NCBI GenBank assembly: GCA_003249955.1
Contig: QKHS01000095.1
Coordinates: 11,299-75,298, forward strand
Direction: 5' to 3'
Length of the DNA stretch: 64,000 nucleotides
Source: Bacteroidales bacterium
GTDB taxonomy: Bacteria > Bacteroidota > Bacteroidia > Bacteroidales > ML635J-15
Shown here piece by piece: positions 41,437 to 50,231 of this stretch. A program made the translations under genes and the position numbers. Every line of letters begins with the position of its first letter. Positions within the stretch are counted from its first letter, which is position 1. The notes beneath the pieces were generated by a model, which worked only from the letters and a program-made list of their open reading frames with translations, made no database searches and had not been told where the DNA came from.

Positions 41437-41653
41437 GAAAAGAATTTGAGATATATCACTGCGTGCAAAAAAATATGCAGAACAATTCCATTAAAAATCA
41501 AATACATAGTAATATTATTCTGTTAAACTCATGTGTTGAATTTTAATTTTATTTTTTTTAAAAATCTCCCGATTTTTGGTGTGAATTTTGCATGCGCCGG
41601 CTTTGCCTAAATTCACAAAATTGAGATTTTTTAATTTTTAATACATTTTTTTA

Positions 41654-44600
41654 ATGAAAACAATTTTTACCTGTTTACTATTTATCATTGTGGCGATAAA
41701 TGTTAATGCCTCAATAATTTATGTTAATCATGCCGCTACGGGAGCAAACAACGGAACGTCATGGGCTAATGCCTACACAGACCTGGAATATGCTGTGATA
41801 TTTGCAATGAGCGGCGACGAGATCTGGGTTGCCAAAGGGACGTATTACACCTCATCAACCAACGACAGAAGTTCATCATTTGCTCTTGGAAACGGAGTTA
41901 AATTGTACGGGAACTTTGCCGGAACGGAAACAGATATTAACCAACGTGTCGGACTTATTCCTGATGCAGCCGGAACCGACAGGGTTAATGAAACCATTTT
42001 AAACGGAGACATCGGGGTTGCAAATGACAGCACCGATAATGCCTATCACATTATGTACATAGTCGGGAATACACTTCCGGTAATTATTGACGGTGTGAAA
42101 ATCACAGGCGGTAATGCAAGTATAGATCCGGGAAAAGGTATTGGTTCCGGGATATATATTCAAAGTACAAATGATGTATTTCTTAAAAATGTAATCATTG
42201 CAAACAACACCGGAACTGCAGGTACATACGGTAAAGGCGGAGGACTTTATGTACAGACAACCACTTCTTTTATTCTGGAAAACTCTGCCGTTATCCGCAA
42301 CAGAATTATTGATGACCCGTTAGTTTCTACAAATGCTGTATATCTTGGAGGCGGAATCTATGTAAGCAGCCCGTTGACTCAAATTTCAAACTGTTTTATA
42401 GAAAATAACAAGATACAATCGGGCAGGTCTGACAGTGAAGGCGGGGGGTTATATATTGAAAACAATTTAAATCTTGACATTACAAATACCAGCATAATAA
42501 ACAATTCTGTAATTTCAACATCCGGATCGGCAAAATATCTTAAAGGCGGAGGAATAGCATGTTATGGAAATGCAACGTCTGTTTCAAATTTAAATTTAAA
42601 TAACATTTCAGATAATACTATAACAACTTCAAAAGGAGAAGCCCGCGGTGGCGGAAGTTATCTTAGTTCTGACACTTTGAAAATTTCTGATTGTTATTCA
42701 AACAGCAACAGAATCAACACTTCGTACACCGCTACAGTATATAACACATCTGGCTGCGGCATGTATGCAGAAGTGGAAAAATCCACGAACATTACCAATT
42801 CCGAATTTAATATGAACAGCATTTATGCAGGATCGGCAAGTGGTGGTGGTTTGTGTCTGATTTCATCATCTGCAGACACTGCTTCGGTTCAGGAATGTCA
42901 ATTTTCCAATAATGTTCTGCAATCTGTAGGTTTTTCCGGTAGCTACCTCTACGGTGGCGGATTATTCCTTGGGCTAAAAGTAAGATTAAATGACTGCCAG
43001 ATAAATAATAATAATGCTAATATTTCAGCAACTGCTACTTCTGCTTATGCCAGCAAAGCAAGTAACGCTTACGGCGGGGGCGTTTATTCATCAAACTTTG
43101 CTGAATTTAATAATTGCAGCATTAACTCGAATACACTGCACTCAGACATGACTTACAATGTTGACAATAATATGACTTTCCCGTCAATATCTTCCAGAGC
43201 CAGTGGAGGAGGGATATATTCCAGCTCAAAATTAATCCTCCAAAATTCAAGCATTGATAATAATGAGGCTATGAGCTCAATAGATTCATATTATTATTGG
43301 TCTTCATATTTCAAAGGATATTGCTTTGGTGGCGGAGTATGCAATGATTATACGACATCCGGTCAAAAAAGTCTTATTTCAAACTGCACAATAAACAATA
43401 ACACTTCTAATTCATACAGTAGTTATGCATACAGCGAAATGAAAGGCGGAGGAATTTATTCAAGGAATATGGATATTCTTAACTGCGAAATTTCCAATAA
43501 CGACACTTATGTTGATCTTTCTGTCGCAGGAGGGCTTAATCAGGGCGGAGGAATTTACCACGAAGGAACCGGCAAACTTTACCATAACACTATATCTGAT
43601 AATGACGCATCTGCCGGAACCGGCTATATAAGCGGAGGTTATACATCATATACTTACGGAGGAGGTCTTTACTCCAAATCAGCCGATCCGGTATCTAATT
43701 GCCTTATTCATAACAATAGTGTAACAGGACGCAACAAAGCATATGGCGGGGGAATTTATAATGAAAGCTCTTCTGTTTTTTCAAACCTCACTGTTGCAAA
43801 AAACACTTCTTACAGTTCATATACAACCCCTGATAACAAAGGGAGCGGAGTTTACACAAATAATTCATCAGCAAAGTTCCGTAACTCAATTATTTATTTT
43901 AATGATTTACTGAGTTATTACGATCAAACCACCAGCTCGGAAGTTAAAAACAGCGTTATTCAATTGTATCCTAACGGAGCCACTAACTTTAACATAGATC
44001 CCCAATTTACAGATGTTGCTGCAAATGACTTTCATGTTTCGGCATCGTCAATTGCAATTAACAGAGGCGATGACTCTTTTATTCCTTCAGATATTACCAC
44101 AGATCTTGACGGAAATCTCAGGATATCAGGCTCAAGTGTTGACATAGGCGCGTATGAACTTGATTTATGCAAGTCTTATACTACAATTTATGATGAAATT
44201 TGCTTTGGGACTCCTTATATTTTTAACGGACAAAACCTTACAGCATCAGGAATTTACAAAGACACACTTACCAATGTAGCTCTTTGTGACAGCATTATTA
44301 CATTAAATTTCACGGTCAATAATCCGGCTTATTCAACTGATGTTATTTCGGCATGCGAAACATATACATGGATTGACGGGTTAACTTACACTACAGATAA
44401 CAATACTGCTACTTTTACCTACCCGGGTGCTACAGCAGATGGCTGCGACAGCATCGTCACTTTAAACCTTACAATCAATCACGCTACAACAGGAACAGAT
44501 TTTATTACCTCTTGCGGCTCATACACATGGATTGACGAGATTACTTACACGGCCAGCAATAATACCGCTACTTTCAATATTGCTGGTGGAGCAGCAAATG

Positions 44601-47600
44601 GTTGCGACAGTCTGGTTACTCTGAACTTAACAATAAATAATTCTGCTACAGGAACAGATGTTATTACTGCATGTGATTCTTACACATGGATTGACGGAAT
44701 TACTTACACTGCAAGCAATAACACCGCTACTTTCAATATTGCAGGTGGTGCGGCTAACGGTTGCGACAGTCTGGTTACTCTTAACTTAACAATAAATAAT
44801 TCTGCTACAGGAACAGATGTTATTACTGCATGTGATTCTTACACATGGATTGACGGGATTACTTACACGGCCAGCAATAATACCGCTACTTTCAATATTG
44901 CTGGTGGAGCAGCAAATGGTTGCGACAGTCTGGTTACTCTTAACTTAACTATTAATAATTCTGCTACAGGAACTGACGTTATTACTGCATGTGATTCTTA
45001 CACATGGATTGACGGGGTTACTTACACCGCAAGTAATAATACTGCTACTTTCAATGTTGCCGGTGGGGCAGCAAATGGTTGCGACAGTCTGGTTACGCTA
45101 AATTTAACAATAAATAATTCTACTACAGGTACAGACCTTATTACTGCTTGTAATTCTTACACATGGATTGACGGTATTATTTACACGGCTAGCAATAATA
45201 CAGCTACTTTCAATATTGCCGGTGGGGCAGCAAATGGTTGCGACAGTCTGGTTACTCTGAACTTAACAATAAATAATTCTGCTACAGGAACAGATGTTAT
45301 TACCGCATGTGATTCTTACACATGGATTGACGGGATTACTTACACGGCCAGTAATAATACTGCTACTTTCAATATTGTTGGCGGAGCGGCAAATGGTTGC
45401 GACAGTCTGGTTACCCTGAACTTAACAATAAATAATTCTGCTACAGGAACAGATGTTATTACTGCATGTGATTCTTCTTACACATGGATTGACGGGGTTG
45501 CTTACACTGCAAGCAATAACACCGCTACTTTCAATATCGCTGGTGGAGCTGCAAATGGTTGCGATAGTCTGGTTACTTTGAATTTAACAATTAATCACTC
45601 AGCTACAGGTACAGACGTTATTACTGCCTGTGATTCTTACACATGGATTGACGGTATTACTTACACGGCAAGCAATAATACAGCTACTTTCAATATTGCC
45701 GGTGGGGCAGCAAATGGTTGCGACAGTCTGGTTACGCTGAATTTAACAATAAATAATTCTACTACAGGTACAGACGTTATTACTGCTTGTAATTCTTACA
45801 CATGGATTGACGGTATTATTTACACGGCTAGCAATAATACCGCTATATTCAATATTGCTGGTGGTGCGGCTAACGGTTGCGATAGCCTGGTTACACTGAA
45901 CCTAACTATTAATCACTCAGCTACAGGTACAGATGTAATTACTGCATGTGATTCCTACACATGGATTGATGGAATTACTTACACGGCAAGTAATAATACA
46001 GCTACTTTCAATATTGCAGGTGGAGCAGCTAACGGTTGTGACAGTCTGATTACTCTAAACTTAACTATTAATCACTCAGCTACAGGTACAGATGTAATTA
46101 CTGCATGTGATTCTTATACATGGATTGATGGAATTACTTACACTGCCAGCAATAACACTGCTACTTTCAATATTGTTGGTGGAGCAGCAAATGGTTGCGA
46201 CAGTCTGGTTACACTAAACTTAACTATTAATCACTCTGCTACAGGTACTGACGTTATTTCTGCTTGTGATTCTTACACATGGATTGACGGTATTACTTAC
46301 ACTTCAAGCAACAACACTGCTACTTTCAATATTGCCGGTGGAGCAGCAAATGGTTGCGACAGTCTGGTTACTCTGAACTTAACAATAAATCACTCTACTA
46401 CAGGAACCGATGTTATTTCTGCATGCGATTCTTACACATGGGTTGACGGTATCACTTACACTGCAAGCAACAACACGTCTACTTTCAATATTGTTGGTGG
46501 AGCAGCAAATGGTTGCGACAGTCTGGTTACACTAAACTTAACTATTAATCACTCTGCTACAGGTACTGACGCTATTACTGCATGCGATTCTTACACATGG
46601 ATCGACGGAATTACTTACACGGCAAGCAACAACACTGCTACTTTCAATATTGCTGGTGGTGCGGCTAACGGTTGTGACAGTCTGGTTACTCTGAACTTAA
46701 CAATAAATCACTCTGCTACAGGAACCGATGTTATTTCTGCATGTGATTCTTATACATGGATTGACGGAATTACTTACACTGCCAGCAATAACACTGCTAC
46801 TTTCAATATTGCTGGTGGAGCAGCTAACGGTTGCGATAGTCTGGTTACGCTGAATTTAACAATCAATCACTCAACAACCGGAACTGACGTAATTACAGCT
46901 TGTGATTCTTACACCTGGATTGACGGAATTACTTACACTGCAAGCAACAACACTGCTACTTTCAATATTGCCGGTGGTGCGGCTAACGGTTGCGATAGTC
47001 TGGTTACCCTAAACTTAACAATAAATAATTCTGCTACAGGAACCGATGTTATTTCTACTTGTGATTCTTACACATGGATCGACGGAATTACTTACACGGC
47101 CAACAACAACACGGCTACTTTCAATATTGCTGGTGGAGCAGCAAATGGTTGTGACAGTCTGGTTACTCTGAACTTAACAATAAATCACTCTGCTACAGGA
47201 ACCGATGTTATTTCTGCATGTGATTCTTACACATGGATTGACGGTATTACTTACACAGAAAGTAATAACACTGCTACTTTCAATATTGCAGGTGGGGCAG
47301 CTAACGGTTGTGATAGTCTGGTTACTCTTGATTTAACAATTGAAACCATAGACCTTAGCGTAACAACATCTGATAATATAATTGTTTCAAATCAGGATGG
47401 AGCTTCATATCAATGGATTGATTGCAGTACAAATCTGCCAATTGAAAATGAGACAAACCAAAGTTTTACCGCTACTGTAAACGGCGACTATGCAGTAATT
47501 GTCTCTTTGGGAACATGTAGCGACACATCTGCTTGTGAAAGCATTATTGTGGAAAATATAGAACCTGTTTCAGATATTCAGTTTAATATTTATCCGAACC

Positions 47601-47803
47601 CGAACAACGGGCAGTTTAAGCTTGATCTGAGTTCTGAAGCCACAATAGAAATTTCTGATGCCCTTGGAAGAATTATTTACTCAGAACAGCATCAATCAGG
47701 CACATCATTAATAAATCTTTACAATGAAGAAGCTTCTGTTTACTATCTAAGAGTTATTTCTAACGGGAAAATCAGTGTTCAGAAAGTTGTGGTGCACAAA
47801 TAA
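41654..47803 (+). CDS. Giant (2049 aa) T9SS cargo adhesin: a Pmp-like right-handed beta-helix, then a 53-aa two-cysteine tandem repeat array, then a type A C-terminal sorting domain
   Basis: Signal peptide. About 14 GGG(I/L/V)(Y/C/F) turns alternating with N-rich rungs (aa 1-830). 19-20 units like SATGTDVITACDSYTWIDGITYTASNNTATFNIAGGAANGCDSLVTLNLTINN. C-terminal FNIYPNPNNGQFKLDL...YYLRVISNGK. Confidence 0.9.
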   Translation: MKTIFTCLLFIIVAINVNASIIYVNHAATGANNGTSWANAYTDLEYAVIFAMSGDEIWVAKGTYYTSSTNDRSSSFALGNGVKLYGNFAGTETDINQRVGLIPDAAGTDRVNETILNGDIGVANDSTDNAYHIMYIVGNTLPVIIDGVKITGGNASIDPGKGIGSGIYIQSTNDVFLKNVIIANNTGTAGTYGKGGGLYVQTTTSFILENSAVIRNRIIDDPLVSTNAVYLGGGIYVSSPLTQISNCFIENNKIQSGRSDSEGGGLYIENNLNLDITNTSIINNSVISTSGSAKYLKGGGIACYGNATSVSNLNLNNISDNTITTSKGEARGGGSYLSSDTLKISDCYSNSNRINTSYTATVYNTSGCGMYAEVEKSTNITNSEFNMNSIYAGSASGGGLCLISSSADTASVQECQFSNNVLQSVGFSGSYLYGGGLFLGLKVRLNDCQINNNNANISATATSAYASKASNAYGGGVYSSNFAEFNNCSINSNTLHSDMTYNVDNNMTFPSISSRASGGGIYSSSKLILQNSSIDNNEAMSSIDSYYYWSSYFKGYCFGGGVCNDYTTSGQKSLISNCTINNNTSNSYSSYAYSEMKGGGIYSRNMDILNCEISNNDTYVDLSVAGGLNQGGGIYHEGTGKLYHNTISDNDASAGTGYISGGYTSYTYGGGLYSKSADPVSNCLIHNNSVTGRNKAYGGGIYNESSSVFSNLTVAKNTSYSSYTTPDNKGSGVYTNNSSAKFRNSIIYFNDLLSYYDQTTSSEVKNSVIQLYPNGATNFNIDPQFTDVAANDFHVSASSIAINRGDDSFIPSDITTDLDGNLRISGSSVDIGAYELDLCKSYTTIYDEICFGTPYIFNGQNLTASGIYKDTLTNVALCDSIITLNFTVNNPAYSTDVISACETYTWIDGLTYTTDNNTATFTYPGATADGCDSIVTLNLTINHATTGTDFITSCGSYTWIDEITYTASNNTATFNIAGGAANGCDSLVTLNLTINNSATGTDVITACDSYTWIDGITYTASNNTATFNIAGGAANGCDSLVTLNLTINNSATGTDVITACDSYTWIDGITYTASNNTATFNIAGGAANGCDSLVTLNLTINNSATGTDVITACDSYTWIDGVTYTASNNTATFNVAGGAANGCDSLVTLNLTINNSTTGTDLITACNSYTWIDGIIYTASNNTATFNIAGGAANGCDSLVTLNLTINNSATGTDVITACDSYTWIDGITYTASNNTATFNIVGGAANGCDSLVTLNLTINNSATGTDVITACDSSYTWIDGVAYTASNNTATFNIAGGAANGCDSLVTLNLTINHSATGTDVITACDSYTWIDGITYTASNNTATFNIAGGAANGCDSLVTLNLTINNSTTGTDVITACNSYTWIDGIIYTASNNTAIFNIAGGAANGCDSLVTLNLTINHSATGTDVITACDSYTWIDGITYTASNNTATFNIAGGAANGCDSLITLNLTINHSATGTDVITACDSYTWIDGITYTASNNTATFNIVGGAANGCDSLVTLNLTINHSATGTDVISACDSYTWIDGITYTSSNNTATFNIAGGAANGCDSLVTLNLTINHSTTGTDVISACDSYTWVDGITYTASNNTSTFNIVGGAANGCDSLVTLNLTINHSATGTDAITACDSYTWIDGITYTASNNTATFNIAGGAANGCDSLVTLNLTINHSATGTDVISACDSYTWIDGITYTASNNTATFNIAGGAANGCDSLVTLNLTINHSTTGTDVITACDSYTWIDGITYTASNNTATFNIAGGAANGCDSLVTLNLTINNSATGTDVISTCDSYTWIDGITYTANNNTATFNIAGGAANGCDSLVTLNLTINHSATGTDVISACDSYTWIDGITYTESNNTATFNIAGGAANGCDSLVTLDLTIETIDLSVTTSDNIIVSNQDGASYQWIDCSTNLPIENETNQSFTATVNGDYAVIVSLGTCSDTSACESIIVENIEPVSDIQFNIYPNPNNGQFKLDLSSEATIEISDALGRIIYSEQHQSGTSLINLYNEEASVYYLRVISNGKISVQKVVVHK
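44324..47347 (+). repeat. Nineteen contiguous in-frame 159-bp tandem repeats (one unit is 162 bp), preceded by one degenerate unit at about 44164-44323
   Basis: Unit boundaries were derived from the reading frame (unit n starts at 44324+159(n-2) up to unit 9). I counted units from the recurring TLNLTIN motif. Confidence 0.9.
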
Positions 47804-47827
47804 ATAAAACAATTTTTATTTTATACA

Positions 47828-47857
47828 ATCCTCCGGTTTATGCCGGGGGATTTTTTA
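47828..47857 (+). terminator. Intrinsic terminator after the giant adhesin gene
   Basis: 9-bp stem atcctccgg / ccgggggat (one G-U pair) with loop tttatg, followed by tttttt. Confidence 0.75.
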
Positions 47858-47935
47858 TTTCTAACAGTATTTTCTGAAACAGGCAGGGCATTTACAACTT
47901 CCCGGCATTCATCTTTAGTTAACTTTTCTTTTACA

Positions 47936-49114
47936 TCAGTCAGAACCTCTGCTTCCATATGACAATCTTCTCCATAATTTTTCCATCGGCCCCTGATTGT
48001 TAAACTTAAACCAGAGTAGATTTACAAACAACTGGAAAATATAAACAGATACAGCAATAAGCAAAACCGAAGTTATATCTGTCTGTCCGAAAAGCCCGAA
48101 CCCCCAACCATAAAAAATTATCGAAAGAATAAGCGATTGCATAAGGTAATTTGTCAGCGACATCCGCCCCATCAATGCCACAGGCCTGAGTAATTTTGCC
48201 ATTGGCCGGAATGATGCAATAAGCAATATCAACAAAAGATAACTGCTTGCAATAAACAAATTCATAAATTCATAGCCGCTCATATAAACTGCATTGGCAA
48301 AAGGACTTTCAAAATTTACAATTTTCTCGTAACCAAAATATGCAACTGCTCCTATAGTTGAAGTAATTATTAAAACAATAAACCATCTTAACTTTTTTTC
48401 AGACACTCGCTTATGCAGTTTATACTTTGAAGCGATATATCCAAAAAGTGTTAATCCGGTAATTTTCGGCAAATAATAAAACAAATTTATGTTTCTGAAT
48501 GCTGCATATTCCTGCAAACGTAACTTCATGCAATCAAAGTAGTCCCCTGATGAATAAACTGTTTTTGCCTTATCCAGATATTCGGTACAGGTTGAAGACA
48601 TTGCATCCGGAAGAGCAACCCAAACTCCAAGACAAAGCCATATCCCTATAAAAAAATAGAAAAAAACTGCTATCGGAATCTGCCATTTAACAGAAAGTTT
48701 ATGAAACAATAATACCATAAAACCTGCTATGGAATATGTAAGCAATATGTCTCCCGCCCAAAGAAAAAGAATATGCGCAATTCCAAAAAGTGACAAAGCC
48801 ATCATCCTCCGGCTAAAAAAGCCATTGAATTTTTCGTTTCTTTCTTTAAACTTTGAATATTGCAGAAAAATGCCGTATCCGAATAAGAAACTGAATAACA
48901 GGATAAATTTATCCGCGCTGAGACTGATAAAAACAGAATAAAATTTCTGCTGAAATTCGTCGGGAAGGCTGCTGTAAAATCCTCCGAAATTAAAAAACGA
49001 AGCATTGAACCCCAGAATATTAACCAACAAAATCCCAAATAGTGCAAAGCCACGAAGTATATCGACAGAAGATATTCTGTCGCTGGTTGCTACCGGACTT
49101 ATATGAGTTCTCAT
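47936..49114 (-). CDS. DUF418 (YeiB-like) membrane protein
   Basis: DRISSVDILRGFALFGILLVNILGF at the N-terminus. The protein is polytopic, with a C-terminal GRMSLTNYLMQSL...GPMEKLWRRLSY typical of DUF418. Confidence 0.8.
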   Translation of the reverse strand: MRTHISPVATSDRISSVDILRGFALFGILLVNILGFNASFFNFGGFYSSLPDEFQQKFYSVFISLSADKFILLFSFLFGYGIFLQYSKFKERNEKFNGFFSRRMMALSLFGIAHILFLWAGDILLTYSIAGFMVLLFHKLSVKWQIPIAVFFYFFIGIWLCLGVWVALPDAMSSTCTEYLDKAKTVYSSGDYFDCMKLRLQEYAAFRNINLFYYLPKITGLTLFGYIASKYKLHKRVSEKKLRWFIVLIITSTIGAVAYFGYEKIVNFESPFANAVYMSGYEFMNLFIASSYLLLILLIASFRPMAKLLRPVALMGRMSLTNYLMQSLILSIIFYGWGFGLFGQTDITSVLLIAVSVYIFQLFVNLLWFKFNNQGPMEKLWRRLSYGSRGSD

Positions 49115-49343
49115 GTCAAAAATATTTCAGGATAAAATTACAAAATTCAAATTACAATTCCATGTTTTTCTCCTTCCTTTCGACGGTTAAAGGTCCTCTA
49201 AAATCGGACGACGGTAGTTTACGATTTCCTTTTCTTCGTCTTCCATCTGACGGCGTAGCCAACTGACAGCCTGCGTTTTCCGGTTTCAGCCTTCTGAAAG
49301 CGCAGCGAATAACAGTTCACGTTTTTCAACCTGACATTTACTT

Positions 49344-49952
49344 TTACGCCGAGTGCCTTAGTCTGCTATGGAAAGGATGATATGAATAATAATTAAGCAC
49401 CTCTTCGAGGGCGATTTTCATTGCAAGATTAATTGGCACAATAATATTCCCCAGTTTAAAATCTATTTGCGACAGCCTCATATAATAATCAGTAAAAAGA
49501 GGAATATTCCGACTACTTATTATATCGGACGAAATCTGTTTAATTTTTTCAGGATTATTTTCTTTAATGATTTTACAGGTGATTAATTCAGGATTACCAT
49601 ATTTATTTACATGCGCGGCATTACCAAAAAGCCTGCAAATAAGGCCACGGTGATAATAATCAGAGCAATTCCCGATATTATCATCAATAATTGATAAATG
49701 AGAATAAAGGAAGCATCCTGTCTCCTGAAGATTATTTAATTGTTTAAGAATGTCTTCTGCTTTACCGCTGACAAAAACCTGAAATGACCATGGCAAAAAC
49801 TCTAAAGGAGAAGCTTCAATATCCGGATTATTACAACACTTCCCGCATCCGCTTACACAATCAAGATTTGTTTTTAATCTAAATGTGTTGATTTCTTTAT
49901 CGAGTTGAGCGAACAGATGTTCTATCAATCTCACTTTACTTATTATCGACAT
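49344..49952 (-). CDS. YkgJ-family cysteine-cluster (putative Fe-S / zinc) protein
   Basis: CVSGCGKCCNNP is the CxxCxxCC signature of this family. Further Cys residues lie downstream. Confidence 0.7.
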   Translation of the reverse strand: MSIISKVRLIEHLFAQLDKEINTFRLKTNLDCVSGCGKCCNNPDIEASPLEFLPWSFQVFVSGKAEDILKQLNNLQETGCFLYSHLSIIDDNIGNCSDYYHRGLICRLFGNAAHVNKYGNPELITCKIIKENNPEKIKQISSDIISSRNIPLFTDYYMRLSQIDFKLGNIIVPINLAMKIALEEVLNYYSYHPFHSRLRHSA

Positions 49953-49962
49953 GAAATTTTTT

Positions 49963-49970
49963 CAAAGATA
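49963..49970 (-). promoter_or_regulatory. Candidate -7 box TATCTTTG upstream of the YkgJ-family gene
   Basis: Exact TAnnTTTG match on the minus strand, 10 nt upstream of the ATG at 49952. Confidence 0.35.
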
Positions 49971-50231
49971 CAGAAATTTAAAATGGCAAATAAAAATATA
50001 TGTGCCTTTTAAAAACAATAATTATCTCACAAACAAAATTTTACACATCGATAAAATACAATTATTTATCATCCCAAGCAATAATGTATAAATATTTTAG
50101 AAAGACTTTTGCAGACATGAAAATACAAATTATATTTGAGGCAGGTTGAATTTCAGGTATATGGGATTTTTTTCAGCCTGAATAATTTACAATAATCACT
50201 AAATCAAAAACATAACATAATTTAATAAATA

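Noticed and set aside
44324-47347. The regular 159-bp periodicity might suggest a CRISPR-like or satellite array.
   Set aside because: The units are contiguous with no spacers and lie in frame inside a single 2049-aa ORF. They encode a conserved two-Cys peptide module. I saw no cas genes or leader.
49117-49124. An exact TAnnTTTG match (TATTTTTG) just upstream of the DUF418 gene.
   Set aside because: It ends only 2 nt before the ATG at 49114, so a transcript started from it would begin inside the ORF. It is probably a chance match.
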